Shown piece after piece: positions 12,669 to 24,959 of a stretch of DNA of 64,000 nt; position 1 is the stretch's first letter; the number at the start of each line of letters is the position of its first letter. Origin of the DNA: Octopus vulgaris. Its lineage: Eukaryota. The stretch is taken from positions 94,116,001 through 94,180,000 of the forward strand of contig OX597817.1 of assembly GCA_951406725.2 (NCBI GenBank). The letters are read 5' to 3'. The translations under genes and the position numbers were made by a program. The notes beneath the pieces are model-generated. The model was not told the DNA's origin, did no database searches, and worked only from the letters and a program-made list of their open reading frames with translations.

Positions 12669-13070
12669 TAAATATACATATATATATACATACATATATA
12701 TGTGTGGTTGCGCGCGCGTATGTGTGTACGTGTGTGCGCGCACGCATGAGTGCATGTGTGTGTGTGTTTGTGTGCGTGATTGTGCGTCTTGATTTTTCAA
12801 ATACATGTTGCTGGCCGTTCTGTGTTTCTCTTAGCAAATTATGCACCATAAATGTGTTTTAGTTGCTTTTATAAACATGTCTAAATGTCTCGTCTACAGA
12901 AAATAAGGTAGGATAATTACTACGCTTATGGCTTCTTTTGTAGAAAAACACAAATCTACAACTATTTATGTCCCTATAACGTAGCGGTTCGGCATAAAAG
13001 AACAAAAGTACTGGCGTCGATTTGTTCGCTTAAATCCACCGCACCGATGCCACAGAAAACAAGTTAATGA

Positions 13071-13127
<57 letters not shown>

Positions 13128-13390
13128 GAAAAAACACAAAAGGGTTAAGGATCACATATGCTGTTTCAGACGCTTTTTTTGTAGTGATGAATAAACCGAT
13201 TGCATCATGAAAACGAAACCGCTTTCTTTAGGTGAACTAAAAATTTCAAAATTGGGATACAGAAACCAGTACCAAAATTTGTGTTGACCTTCACAATTTG
13301 GCAACAAAATTACCCCGACCCTAATTTGGTGTCCTTATTATTAAAATACCTTGTTTCAGATGAATCTTCAAATAATTAATCATAAATATA

Positions 13391-14659
13391 CACGGTGCGT
13401 AACATATTTGAGGACAGATTTATGTTTGTAAAAAAAAATGATATATAATAATAGATAATAACTTTATTTATCAAAAATGCTATACGGATAAAAATAAACC
13501 TTCTTTTCTATAATATTGTTCAATAAAGTCACCTTCAGCTTCAACAACTGCTTCTATATGAGATCTAAATTATCTACATGCTCGAATCAAGTGGTCCTAG
13601 TATATTTTGGACATTACTCTGACTATGGCAGCTTTCACAGAATCTTTGGTGTTATGGGCGTGTTCATTGACCTCTCTCTCAACAACGCTCCACATGTAAT
13701 AGTCCAATGGATTGACATCTGGGGAATTAGGGGGCCAAACGTTAAGGGTTATGTGATCATGAAAATTTTCAGCCATCCATTCCTGTGTTACTAGAGTCAT
13801 ATGTAATAGTGCAGAGTCTTACTGAAATACATATGACCTTCCGTTGCATACACTGTCTATCCAGGGCTTAACAATTTTTCCTAGGACCTCAATGTAGGCG
13901 GCAGAGTTAACTCTAAGGGCTTGAGGAAAGAAGTAAGGAGGTATCACATGTCCTTCATTGTTAACAACCCCTAAACCTATGACAGTTGCCTGGAAATTTT
14001 GTATGCATAACACTTGGAACTTCAGAAGTGTCTGCATATAACCAGCAGTTATTTTTTCTGTTAACTTTTTGATCTTGGTCGTAGTCTTCTCGCTTGAGAA
14101 AAACCAGATCAAATCTTCTACTGGATTTTTCATTTTGTTTAAAAGCCTTTTAGATCTGATGTAGTAATTTTTATTTTTACTTTTTGCATTTCTGGACAAA
14201 TTGACCTTTCCTCATTATATAAGATTTATATGATGTCTTCGTGGACAACATTTCTGACTGTTCCTTCTGACATATGGGGATCTTTTGCAATTTACCTCAT
14301 GGATTTTCTGGGATTGTAATCAATGGTCTGTTGAACTTGCTGGATAAATTCAGGTGTTCTGATGGTTTCAGAGGGTTTAGAATGCTTTTTATGCTTTCAT
14401 ACTGGTGATACATTTCTATCTTCAGTCTCTAGCTCCTTACAAACTTTGTAGACGAAAGAGCTGACAACTTTTAAAACTCGAGATATTTTTAAATCGCAAT
14501 GTTCAGCCTTTATAACCACAATAACAGCATGCCTCTTCATTTCTTGAGTAAGCCGAGGATCTGCCATTATTATTTTCTGAAGCAAAGATTATACAGAGTT
14601 AGCAAAAAATGCAGCAATGATCCAAAAAAGGTATGTTCTCAAATAACTTACGCACCCTG
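13391..14659 (-). mobile_element. Tc1/mariner element of DD37D (maT)-like type, degraded transposase
   Basis: TIRs CACGGTGCGTAACATATTTGAGGACA and TGTTCTCAAATAACTTACGCACCCTG with TA TSDs. Motifs YVFQ(.D), WPPNSPDVNPLDYYMWSVVE. Confidence 0.88.
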
Positions 14660-14666
14660 TATATAT

Positions 14667-14830
14667 CATCATCATCAACATCTTTTAACGTCTGTTTTCC
14701 ATGCTGGCAAGGGTTGGGCGGGTTGACTAGAGCTGGCAAGCTGGAGAACTACACCAGCTTCCAGTGATATTTGGTTTGGTTCCTATGGCTGGACGCCCTT
14801 CCTAGCGCCAAACACTTTACAGTGTATGCT
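14667..14830 (-). mobile_element. RTE-associated SINE/LINE 3' end
   Basis: (CAT)n tail followed by TTTAACGTCTGTTTTCCATGCTGGC...GGACGCCCTTCCTA, a motif recognised from RTE-type 3' ends. Confidence 0.45.
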
Positions 14831-14944
14831 GGATGCTTTTAAGGTGACACCAACGCACTTTTATGTAGTGCCCGCACGAGTAATTTTTACATGACACTGG
14901 TACAGGGCTCTTGCAGGATGATCCTCTTCATCATCAATAAACAT

Positions 14945-15402
14945 CTTTTATCATTTTCTTGTTTCAGTAATTTGATTGCATCCATGCTGGGACATCGCCT
15001 TGAGGGGTTTTTAGTCGAACAAATCGAGCACAAGACTTATAATTTTAAGCCTAGTATTTATTCTATCGATCTATTTTGCCGAACCGTTATGTTACAGGGT
15101 TATAAACACACTAACATCAGTTGTCAAGCGGTAATGGGGGGAAAAATACAGACACAAAGTCGCGCGGCACACACAGACATACAAACACGCACACACACGC
15201 ACACCCACACATCCACACACACACACACGTACACACACACACACACGTACACACACACACACACACACACATAGCCATCAACCAAATGTTACTCAGAAGG
15301 AATTAGTCAGACTATGGGTGATGGCACTCTGTGTGGGGCAAGGAAGGACCAAACCAGAAACCAAGTGTTTGGAAAGCAAACATACTAACCACACCTCCAT
15401 GA
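14945..15402 (-). mobile_element. tRNA-derived SINE (56777-family) with internal (CA)n
   Basis: Reverse complement of the family tail (TGTTTCAGT...CATGCTGG) and body (CTATCGATCT...TTGCCGAACCG); degraded head near 15340-15400. Confidence 0.7.
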
Positions 15403-16102
15403 GATTTGGCTCAACATAACAAAGCTTTATTATGATAAACATGTTTTACTGCAAGTATGTACACACAAAGAAGTTGATGTTTAACTAGAGATAGAGTAAG
15501 GCAGAGACACTGGAATAAAACTCTTCTATTTTCTACATTCGTCCTGCCGGTGTTGTTTTTTTTTATATAATTAGACACACACAGTCACACACGCGCGCAC
15601 ACACGCACACACACATACGCACACACATGTATACTCATTCTCCATCATACATATCTTGTGACGTATTCACATGTATATAGAATCTATACACACTGCATAC
15701 ACTGTTTACGTGTATATAAACTGTACATTCACTACATAGTCACTTGGAATGTATTTACCACGTTATCGGATGTCGAATGACCTTTGATAAAATCTTGATA
15801 GCCGAATTATCTGCATGGGTATACACAGACCTTTCACATTTCACACAGACCTACACATCTATATAACGCACATGCAGACATATGCTTGTATCTGAGTGTT
15901 CCATGTGTGCATACGTGTGTGTGTGTGTGTGTGTGTGTGCGTGCGTGTGCATGCATGCGAGCGCGTGCTTTTGCTTCTATTTATAATGTATGTATACGGA
16001 TATAGATTTTTTATATACATACATGTACGCATATGTATATATACTTATATATGCACACATTTATATGTATGATATATATATCTGCATATATTTATTATAT
16101 AT

Positions 16103-16836
16103 ATACTCGCTTAAGGTGACCTGCTCTACGCGCGGGTGAGGTTGTGGTTGTTACTTTCTGTTGCTTCCTTTCTGTTTCTTATCGCCACATTCTCCCTCTT
16201 TGTTTCTCTATCCTTTCTCATTTTCCCACTCTCTTACTCTTCCTTTCGGACTTTCCCTCGCTTTCTCTTACTCTTTATCTTTCTCTATCTATCTCTCAGC
16301 CATTTATAAAAAAATTAGTTTTCCGCGTTTAAATTACAAATCCGCTTCCACCATGTTGAAAATTTGATTGAAATCGGGCAAAAGGTGTCCGATCTAGACC
16401 ACCAAGTGCCCCCCAAAATCAATAAAATCCCAGTTTTCACACCAAAGCAACCACTGTAGCGCCCTGCAACCTCTCCCAATCAATTTTCCCCCTCAAGTTA
16501 CCCCCTCCTGTAAATTTGAATCCCCTTCCAGCCCCATTTAGACCCCTTTTTACATAAAAAATCCAATTTGTATCAACGTTCGCCTTCTTCATTTTATAGA
16601 TAGGATTAGATGCCATTCGCGCCAATCTGGAGGGGCTTAGAGCTCCCTTGAATCTTCTCACCATAGCAACCGCATCTTTCCAGATAGTGAGTTTTAACCT
16701 ACTCAACTCTGCCTCATCACGCCTTCTATGCCTGTGTCAATTTTCAGCTCGATCTGACCAGTAGTGTGGCCACCAGCCTCTGACGTAGCAAAACGTGCAC
16801 ACAATTTTGACCCAAAGCCTCTTTTATATATATACA
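16103..16836 (-). mobile_element. Non-autonomous Helitron-like element
   Basis: The plus strand begins ACTCGC...ACCTGCTCTACGCGCGGGT (degenerate reversed hairpin plus CTAG end) and ends TTTTATATATATACAT (reversed TC-TATATA start). Confidence 0.5.
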
Positions 16837-16837
16837 T

Positions 16838-17358
16838 AACAGAAAAACCCGGTCTTGCTCGGGATTAAACTAGTTTATCATTGTTTTATTTGTTTCGGTA
16901 TTATAACTAGATTTCATTCGGGTCTACGCGGGCCACACTTTAAAGATGAGGAATTTTGCCCTACTTCCACACCTTTCAATTGAGCAAACTCAAAGTTGCA
17001 TTGCAAACCCGCCAGGACTTTTAACATAGGTGTGCAAACTTTCAACTGAATCCTACCATATTTACTAACACTTTTGCTTGTATAACTGCTTGTGAAACAA
17101 CGTCTGCCCTTTTCACGAATATGTAGTAGACCTACAGAGATACCCGACCTTACTAGGGATTAAAATGGCATAGTTTTTCATTGTTTTACTTGTTTGGTTA
17201 ATATAAGCGGATTTCATTCGGGTGTAATCGGGCCACATTTTAAAAGATGAGGAATTTTGTCCTAGAGGTTATGCCTTTCATTTGATGAAAAAAATAGCTG
17301 CCTTGCAAACTCGCCAACACTTTTAACATAGGTGTGCATATTTTCAGCTCAACCGACA
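16838..17358 (-). repeat. Tandem pair of Helitron-like 3'-end fragments (~220-290 bp units)
   Basis: 16838-17055 and ~17135-17358 are diverged direct repeats that begin ACCCGG..TGCTCGGGATTAAA and ACCCGA..TACTAGGGATTAAA. Confidence 0.55.
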
Positions 17359-17471
17359 ACATAATACACACACACACACATACACACACATATATATATA
17401 TGTACATATATACACATTATATATATGTGTGTGTGTGTGTGTACGCATTATATATACAAATGTATACAAAT

Positions 17472-17506
<35 letters not shown>

Positions 17507-18003
17507 TATATATACATATTTATATATAGATACAGACACACACACACACACACATATAAATTAACCCAATAAATATCTAATTCATAATATTTGGTGGTGG
17601 CGATAATAAAACTATATGAACGCAGACAGACGTAGAGAGAGAGAGGCGGTGAGGGAAAGAGTGACAGCGCTGGCGAAGGCGGCGGGGAAAAGATAGTAGT
17701 AGCTGTCAAACGACGTTATAGAAAGAAAGTGAAAGGAAGGGAGGAAAGACAGAGACACGGAGGAAGACAGACAGATAAGAGAATGAGAGAAGACTTGTGA
17801 TAGTGTGCATTTTTTTGCCTTAGTAACCATACCTTTTAAGATAGGGATTTCTCACCTAGCCCACTTACATCCTCACCTCATTTTACATGTCCCTGTAAAT
17901 TTTGGAGTCAATCCGACGGGATCTAGTGCCTTTTAACCCATTCCAGTGCCAAAACCAGACAAACAAACTTTTCGAATTTCAGATTTATAGATATTGATGA
18001 TAA

Positions 18004-18097
<94 letters not shown>

Positions 18098-18389
18098 ATA
18101 TATATAGACATACACATACACAAATATACTATATTGATACAAACATATATATACATATATATATCATATTATATATGTATCCATACTGCATGGCACCTTG
18201 GGCGAGTGTCTTCTACACATATATATATATAGTAAGGTTCAGGTTGTTTGTGAACCTCACAAAGGTCCTGACAATTAATTTGTCGTATTTACATACCGAA
18301 ATTTACCGGTAAATAATTGTTGGTTACATGAAAAACCACAGAAAATTATTTACCATTTTTATTGCATATATATATTTTTTTTTTTTTCT

Positions 18390-18585
18390 TTACTACCCAC
18401 AAGGGGCTAAACATAGAGGGGACAAACAAAGAGATTAATTCGATTACATCGACCCCACTGCGTAACTGGAACTTATTTAATCGACCCCGAAAGGATGAAA
18501 GGCAAAGTCGACCTCCGCGGAATTTGAACTCAGAACGTAGTGACAGACGAAATACTGCTGAGCGTTTCTGCCAGCTCGCCGCCAT
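18390..18585 (-). mobile_element. tRNA-derived SINE (family 2)
   Basis: Minus strand GGCGGCGAGCTGGCAGAA...GAGTTCAAATTCCG...GACTTTGCCTTTCATCCTTTCGGGGTCGAT. A second copy is at 51105-51320. Confidence 0.85.
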
Positions 18586-18600
18586 AAATATATATATATA

Positions 18601-19938
18601 AATCCTTCAATCCTTAAAAATGTTTTAGCCCGAAGGCCGCGGCCATGCTGGGGCACCACCGCTGAATGAGCTACACTAATATGTGAATCCACCTCTGATA
18701 CGTGGCACTTGATCAACAAGGGAGTTCGATGCTGCTGCCCGCATCTGCGTCTCCTGTTGTGAGGTAGGTTCATCTGGAACTCCCAACAAGAAGAGATCCA
18801 GTTCAGTTTTAAAGAAACCCACATCCACACCATGTAAGTCTCTTAGGCATTTAGGGAGGATGTTAAAGAGCTGTGGTCCTCTGAAACCCAAGCTGTTGCA
18901 GTATCTGGTCCTGTATTTTGATGGTGATGTTGGAATCTTTGGCACCATGCAGTGGCGCCTCGTTCTGCGGTTGGGGTAACTTTGAATGCCAAAGTTTGGG
19001 ACAAGAACCTCCAGGATTTTCCAGATGTATATCACCGCATATCCCTCCCGCTTCCGCTCTAGGGAGAAGAGGTTTAATACTTTCAGTCTTTCCCAGTAGC
19101 TGATATTTTGCATTGAAACGATCTTCTTTGTGTAGCTTCACTGAATTGCTTCGTGTTCTGCTGTTAGTTTTATATTGCGCGGTGACCATAGTTGGGAGCA
19201 GTAGTCCAAGCGGCTGAGGAGGAATGTTTTCCAGAGGACCATCAGTGTCTCCTTCTCTCTTGTTCTGAAAGTTCGGAGAATCCATCCAGCTAGCCGTCTG
19301 CATTTTATCACCAGATTAGTAATATGCACTTGGAAAGATGCATCATTGCTCATGTCAATGCCTAGGTCACGCACTGATTTTGACTAAGGGATTGCAATTA
19401 TTCCTGGGCCAGTGTATCCAGTCTGCACGTCGTTTACCTTTGTGTGCCGGTAGCGCAGGGCCTGGAACTTACCTGCATTAAACTGCATGTTGTTGTCCTC
19501 CGCCCACCTGTATATTTTATCCAACTCCTGTTGCAGATGCGCAATATTTTCAGGGTTTTGTATTGTGTGGGAGACTTTTGTGTCATCTGCATAGCTAGCA
19601 AGGGTGGCCACCGTAGCAACTGAAGGCATGTCTGAAAGGGCCACTATGAACAGCAGTGGCCCCAAGACAGTGCCCTGTGGAACACCGCTTGTTATTTGTG
19701 TTTCCTTGGAGGTGGCTCCATTGCTCACAACTGCCTGTCTTCTGTCTTTTAGGAAGTTGTGCAGCCCCTCTCCAAGTTTTCTGCCTATGCCGAGACCACG
19801 CAGATTGTGACAGATCATACCATGGTCGACTTTATCAAAGGCTTTTGCAAAGTCGAGATATATTACATCCACATTTGAGCCATTTAGTAGCTGTTTTAAC
19901 ACCCAGTCATAATGCTTGCAGGAGCTGTGTTAGGCAGC

Positions 19939-19941
<3 letters not shown>
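18601..19941 (-). mobile_element. CR1/L2-group LINE, 5'-truncated 3' half of the RT, frameshifted
   Basis: DVIYLDFAKAFDKVDH, GVPQGTVLGPLLF, YADD, RDLGI, SYWERLKVLNLFSLE. The short 3' UTR ends in (AAGGATT)-like repeats. Confidence 0.92.
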
Positions 19942-19990
<49 letters not shown>

Positions 19991-20109
19991 GTATGTATGT
20001 AATATAATTTTTCTGAATCTTCAGATTTTTCAATATGCTACGCCGCTGGTTTTAAATTGATGTTAATTAAATTAATATTCAATTTTTCACCCTTATTATT
20101 TAAATACAT

Positions 20110-20178
<69 letters not shown>

Positions 20179-20989
20179 TCCATATATATTCACATATATA
20201 TATATACTTATATATATGCATCTATATATATATACACACACATGTATATACATACATATTCGTATATTTGTATATTTACGTATATATGTCTGTATGTACA
20301 AATATACATACATTGGTAAGTGAAGTATATTTAGTCGTTAATTTCGGTTGTTGACCTGATATAAATTGAATCTAAATTTGTACATATGAATTCAATTATA
20401 TTCACACCTACACAAACATATATATACATAATCTGATTTACATAGGCAAGCATGCCCAGTAGACTGAACAAACATGAAACGTATATATATATATATATAT
20501 ATAAGTATATAGCGTCGTACAACTGCATAGTTACACATACATATTCATATATGTGCGTCCATCTATCCATCCATCCATACATATATGCATATATACATAC
20601 ATACATACATGATATTTATTTGTACAGTTGTATGTTTAGGATACTGACCTCTGCGTCATATGTTCCAAGCTAAATTAGTTTCAAGATGTGTGTAATCATC
20701 CCTCCACACTATACACATACAAGGATATACAAACGCAAACACAATATTTACAGTGAAATCGACAAAAAGAGTACAGTGGGCTTGACTTTAGGAGTGAACA
20801 AATCAGCGTTTCCGACGGAGTCCTTCTTCAGGGAAAAGAAAATATTGACGGCTTCTCTAAACGTTGGAATGTCTAGTTCCCCATGACGAGTTCTCTGTAC
20901 TTACTTTAATTGATTTAACTAAATAACACATTTTGCCGACAACAGAATCTCTTTGATCATTTATATATGTATGCATATATATATATATA

Positions 20990-21900
20990 TAACGTAAGGT
21001 GTAAGTTAGAGGTGTTAAGCCCTCTAAGGGATAGAAGTATCCAGAGGCACTCCTGGTAGTTAGCTCTGTTAGTATGGTCCTTGGTATAAGGTATACAGCA
21101 GCAGATAATTTAAAAAGGTAAACCGTAGTTTAATGTATATGTAGACGATCAGGAAATGGAGGGAAAACAACAAATAGAAGTGTATCTTTGATGCTAAAAA
21201 GGCATTATTTAATTAGTTAAGCAAGGTGAAAATATGAGTGTGTTTACAGCTGTCACTGTGTACCATATTGAGGTAAATATGTATTTACCTCGTCCCAAAT
21301 GGTAGACGTCATCAGAACGAAGAAGGCAAAGATAGACAAAGAGGAGACTAGAGCGAAATGCAGAGGGAGAAATCAGAAAAGAAAATGTTCAATGATTCGA
21401 AAGTCTTACATTTCAGTTGGGTTCAAAGTTCATTAAATCCATTGTGAGGTAGTTTAAGAATAGAGGTTGGTTGAAACTGAAGTCTCGTAGTTATTAGCAT
21501 GACTTCCACGTTACTGTCTGTTCGGGTAGTTGACTGCCGGTGTAATCTGAGGGAGTTATCCTTAATTAGGGATATTCGGTGTGGTTAATAGGAGCTATGT
21601 GTTCCTAACTCATAGGTTATGGGTAGTTCGTATATTTGCAAAGGAATCCGTAAATAAGGGTAAATTTCATATCTAGCAGGAGTACGATTTAGCGTGTAAA
21701 AACAAAGTATCGGAATAATATTTAGGAGTGCAAAGACAAGGAAAAGAAAAAGATAGAAGAGGGGTAATTTAACGTGTAAAAAGAGTTGGTAGTTCTTGAC
21801 TGAAAAAAATTATAGGAAAAAGGTAGGCTAGCGTAGAAAGTAGATTAGGTATATTAATATTTATTGATAATGTACCTTATGACATAAATACACTATTGGA
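20990..21900 (-). mobile_element. Old PLE-like remnant with a degenerate hammerhead
   Basis: Minus strand CTGATGA (21316-21310), a long hairpin GAGGTAAATA/TATTTACCTC, then ACAGCTGTA; GAAA is damaged. The end abuts (TA)n. Confidence 0.4.
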
Positions 21901-21938
21901 TTTGAATTTAAATTATCATTGTCTACCTCATCTCAATT

Positions 21939-22027
<89 letters not shown>

Positions 22028-22029
<2 letters not shown>

Positions 22030-23293
22030 TGGAGTAAACACATGGATGTGAAACAAGGTGGAAAAAAGAGTACTCTAATACCAGTGGTAGAGTAATATGC
22101 TTTATTTAAAGCAGCAGAAAATTCAACAAAATCTGTTACTCTGAGTTTCTCGTTGCCGTTCATCAGACAGTTTTTTGTTAGAATGGAACCGATATATCAA
22201 TTCAATCCAAACTCTTACAAACGCTACACCTTTAAAAAATGGCCTTGTTTGATTGGCCCTTTAGAAATAACGGTCAATCTTCGAGCGATAAACAAAAAAA
22301 TCAGCTCAAAAATAAATATGTATATATATATAAAAAAATTATAAAAATTATAAAATTCGAGGAAAAACCTTACATTAAATAAAACACATAATTTGATGTA
22401 AATATGTGTATAGCCATGGATATGTATTTGTAAGCATGCGTCTCTGTGTATGTGTAAGTGAGCGTATGTTTGTGCTTAAGCACAGACATACACGACTGTA
22501 TGTGTATGTATCTATTTGAACTTGTGTGTTTGTATACTTGTCTCTATATATGTCAATAACGTGGTTACACAGCTTGTATACATAATTTTTCTTATTTCGT
22601 TTTTTCCCCACCCCTCCTTTTTCTTTTTTCCTTCCCCCTTCTTCGTTCCTGTTTCTCTCTCTTCCTTTCTTTCGTTTTTTTCTCTAACTGATACTGGTGC
22701 ATACAACTTTACGTCCCCCTCACTTACTTATGTCTTAAGCTTTGCTCCGAAAATAAGGAACGCTACATTAGCATCCATGATTTTAACTTGCGTGCGAGAT
22801 AGATTGTATATACATATGTATGCATGCATTTGCGTGTATATTTTAGATTTATATTTATACGTCTGTATATGTAAGGCGTTTGCACGCTTCCTTCTGTGTA
22901 TGTTGATATATATATGTACACTTTAATATGAATATGTATTGCAGTGTAATATTTATAATGCATTTTAATTTCCATGTATTAATTATATTTCCTTCATTAA
23001 CGTCAATATGTGTTTTATTCAATGTAAGGTTTTTCCTCGAATTTTATAATTTTTATAATTTTTTTATATATATACATATATATTTTTGAGCTCATTTTTT
23101 AGTTTATCGCTCGAAGATTGACCGTTATTTCTAAAGGGCCAATCAAACAAGTCCATTTTTTAAAGGTGTAGCGTTTGTAAGAGTCTGGATTGAATTGATA
23201 TATCGGTTCCATTCTAACAAAAACTGTCTAATGAACGGCAACGAGAAACTCAGAGTAACAGATTTTGTTGAATTTTCTGCTGCTTTAAATAAA

Positions 23294-23294
<1 letters not shown>
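22028..23294. mobile_element. PLE terminal remnant with ~300-bp inverted arms (about 22100-22390 and 23005-23294)
   Basis: The arms are near-perfect reverse complements around a ~600-bp spacer. Each carries a minimal hammerhead (22133-22170 minus; 23224-23261 plus). (TA)n on both sides. Confidence 0.8.
22133..22170 (-). ncRNA. Minimal type I hammerhead ribozyme motif
   Basis: CTGT-CTGATGA-ACG-GCAA-CGA-GAAAC-TCAGA-GTA-ACAG: intact core, GNRA-capped stem II with one mismatch, GUA cleavage triplet. Confidence 0.75.
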
Positions 23295-23343
<49 letters not shown>

Positions 23344-23344
23344 G

Positions 23345-24252
23345 ACTTTTAAATAATGGCAAACGAAAAAATTTCTAATGCCAAATATGCCGAAATTTGA
23401 CAAATTGTCCATAACCATATAATTTTACACAATACGCACGCTACTTGAAAAAAGGTCGACAGAAATTTCTAAAAAATTCCATTACTACCATATCGGACCG
23501 ATTTCAGGGTTAGTTCATAAGAACCTTCCCTTCGTCAGTGACAAATGTGGCAAAGAAATAAATGAGATACACTTACTCATACCCATGGAAGAAGCAAACA
23601 CTAAGTCATGAGCACAATTAAGTACCCCAAATACATCCAAAATAGAAATTCTCTAGCCCATTCAAGACACGTGCGATTTGAACTGAGGCTCTCACAGAGT
23701 GAGAGAGTCCGGAAGTGAACACTATTAAATTTATATTTAATGTAGGATAAATTTTTTCGAAAAATTTTTTTATCAATGGCCAGCATATTAAAAAATACCT
23801 TTAAAGGCTAAATTTATAAGCAACTTATAAATAAGGGCAAACGAAAAAATTTCTAATGCCAAATATGCCGAAATTTGACAAATTGTCTATAACGATATAA
23901 TTTTTCACAATACGCACGCTACTCGAAAAAAGGTCGACAGAAATTTCTAAGAAATTCCATTGTTACCATATCGGACGAATGGAAGGTTCTTATCAACTAA
24001 CCCTGAAATCGGTCCGATATGGTAATAATGGAATCATTTAGAAATTTCTGTCGACCTTTTTTCGAGTAGCTTGCGTATTGTGAAAAATGATATGGTTATG
24101 GACAATTTGTCAAATTTCGGCATATTTGGCATTAGAAATGTTTTCGTTTGCCCTTATTTATAAGTTGTTTATAAATTTAACCTTTAAAGATATTTTTTAA
24201 TATGCCGGCCATTGATAAATTTGTTTTTCGAAAAAACTTTATCCTACATTAA

Positions 24253-24257
<5 letters not shown>
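23345..24257. mobile_element. Second PLE-type remnant: direct repeat plus inverted repeat with hammerhead
   Basis: 23358-23499 is repeated at 23837-23976, and 23731-23976 is inverted at 24012-24257. A hammerhead lies at 23487-23542 on the minus strand. Confidence 0.75.
23487..23542 (-). ncRNA. Hammerhead ribozyme motif (third family)
   Basis: GTCA-CTGACGA-AGGG-(AAGGTTCTTATGAACTAA)-CCCT-GAAA-TCGGTCCGA-TA-TGGT: palindromic stem III, AUA triplet, weak stem I. Confidence 0.65.
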
Positions 24258-24283
<26 letters not shown>

Positions 24284-24284
<1 letters not shown>

Positions 24285-24499
24285 GAGTGATACTGAAAAG
24301 TTCCTGCCTTTGGGTAAAAGAAAATACAGGAGGATCAGTTAATTATGATTTCATTTAACATATTCCCCTCTCTGATTCACACACTTACTGCAGTGGTCTT
24401 TCAGTTTTTCTAAGATCTGTAAAAAAACTCGGAAGGTTGAGCCTCCGACCAAGCCTTTTGTGATACCATTAAAGTCAGGAACTTTTCAACACCCCCTCG
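24284..24499. mobile_element. mariner-derived MITE
   Basis: TIRs TGAGTGATACTGAAAAGTTCCTGCCTTT and AAAGTCAGGAACTTTTCAACACCCCCTCG with TA TSDs. Confidence 0.75.
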
Positions 24500-24750
24500 T
24501 ATATACGTGTGTGTGAGATAAAGGAACAAAACCAAGAAAAACTGCAAGAACGACAAGTTTTAACAAAGATGTTATTTATCTACCGCTTGAAATAAAAGGA
24601 TTTTTAAGGCTTCGGACACTATTTCTTCATCAGAAAAACGAAGAAAGAAAGATAGTGGAAAGGAAGAACAAAAATGGTTTTGAAGCTGGTTTGGAATGTG
24701 ACTCTGTAGGAAGTGCGAAGGTTGCACAAAATGAGAGAAGAGAGAGAGAA

Positions 24751-24788
<38 letters not shown>

Positions 24789-24959
24789 GAAGAAAAGTGA
24801 GAAAGAGCAATCTCTGATTTCAAACCTCCACTGTTTCTCACTGATGGGAAAGGCTGCTGGGGGAAAAAAGCGCGGCTTTGAAGTCCCTAAGACCGCCCAA
24901 CATTGTTTTCGATGTTCTGACAACTTATGAGGTACCACTTGCACCAGGCTTTATTAGCA

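Noticed and set aside
18265-18325. Further hammerhead candidates (also about 9200-9235, 20795-20835, 21245-21320, 24610-24635)
   Set aside because: Core nucleotides or stems are damaged. They are probably decayed PLE hammerheads but are not supportable as functional ribozymes.
23345-24257. CRISPR-like or prokaryotic repeat array
   Set aside because: The context is eukaryotic, and the repeats are long direct or inverted duplications without unique spacers or cas genes.
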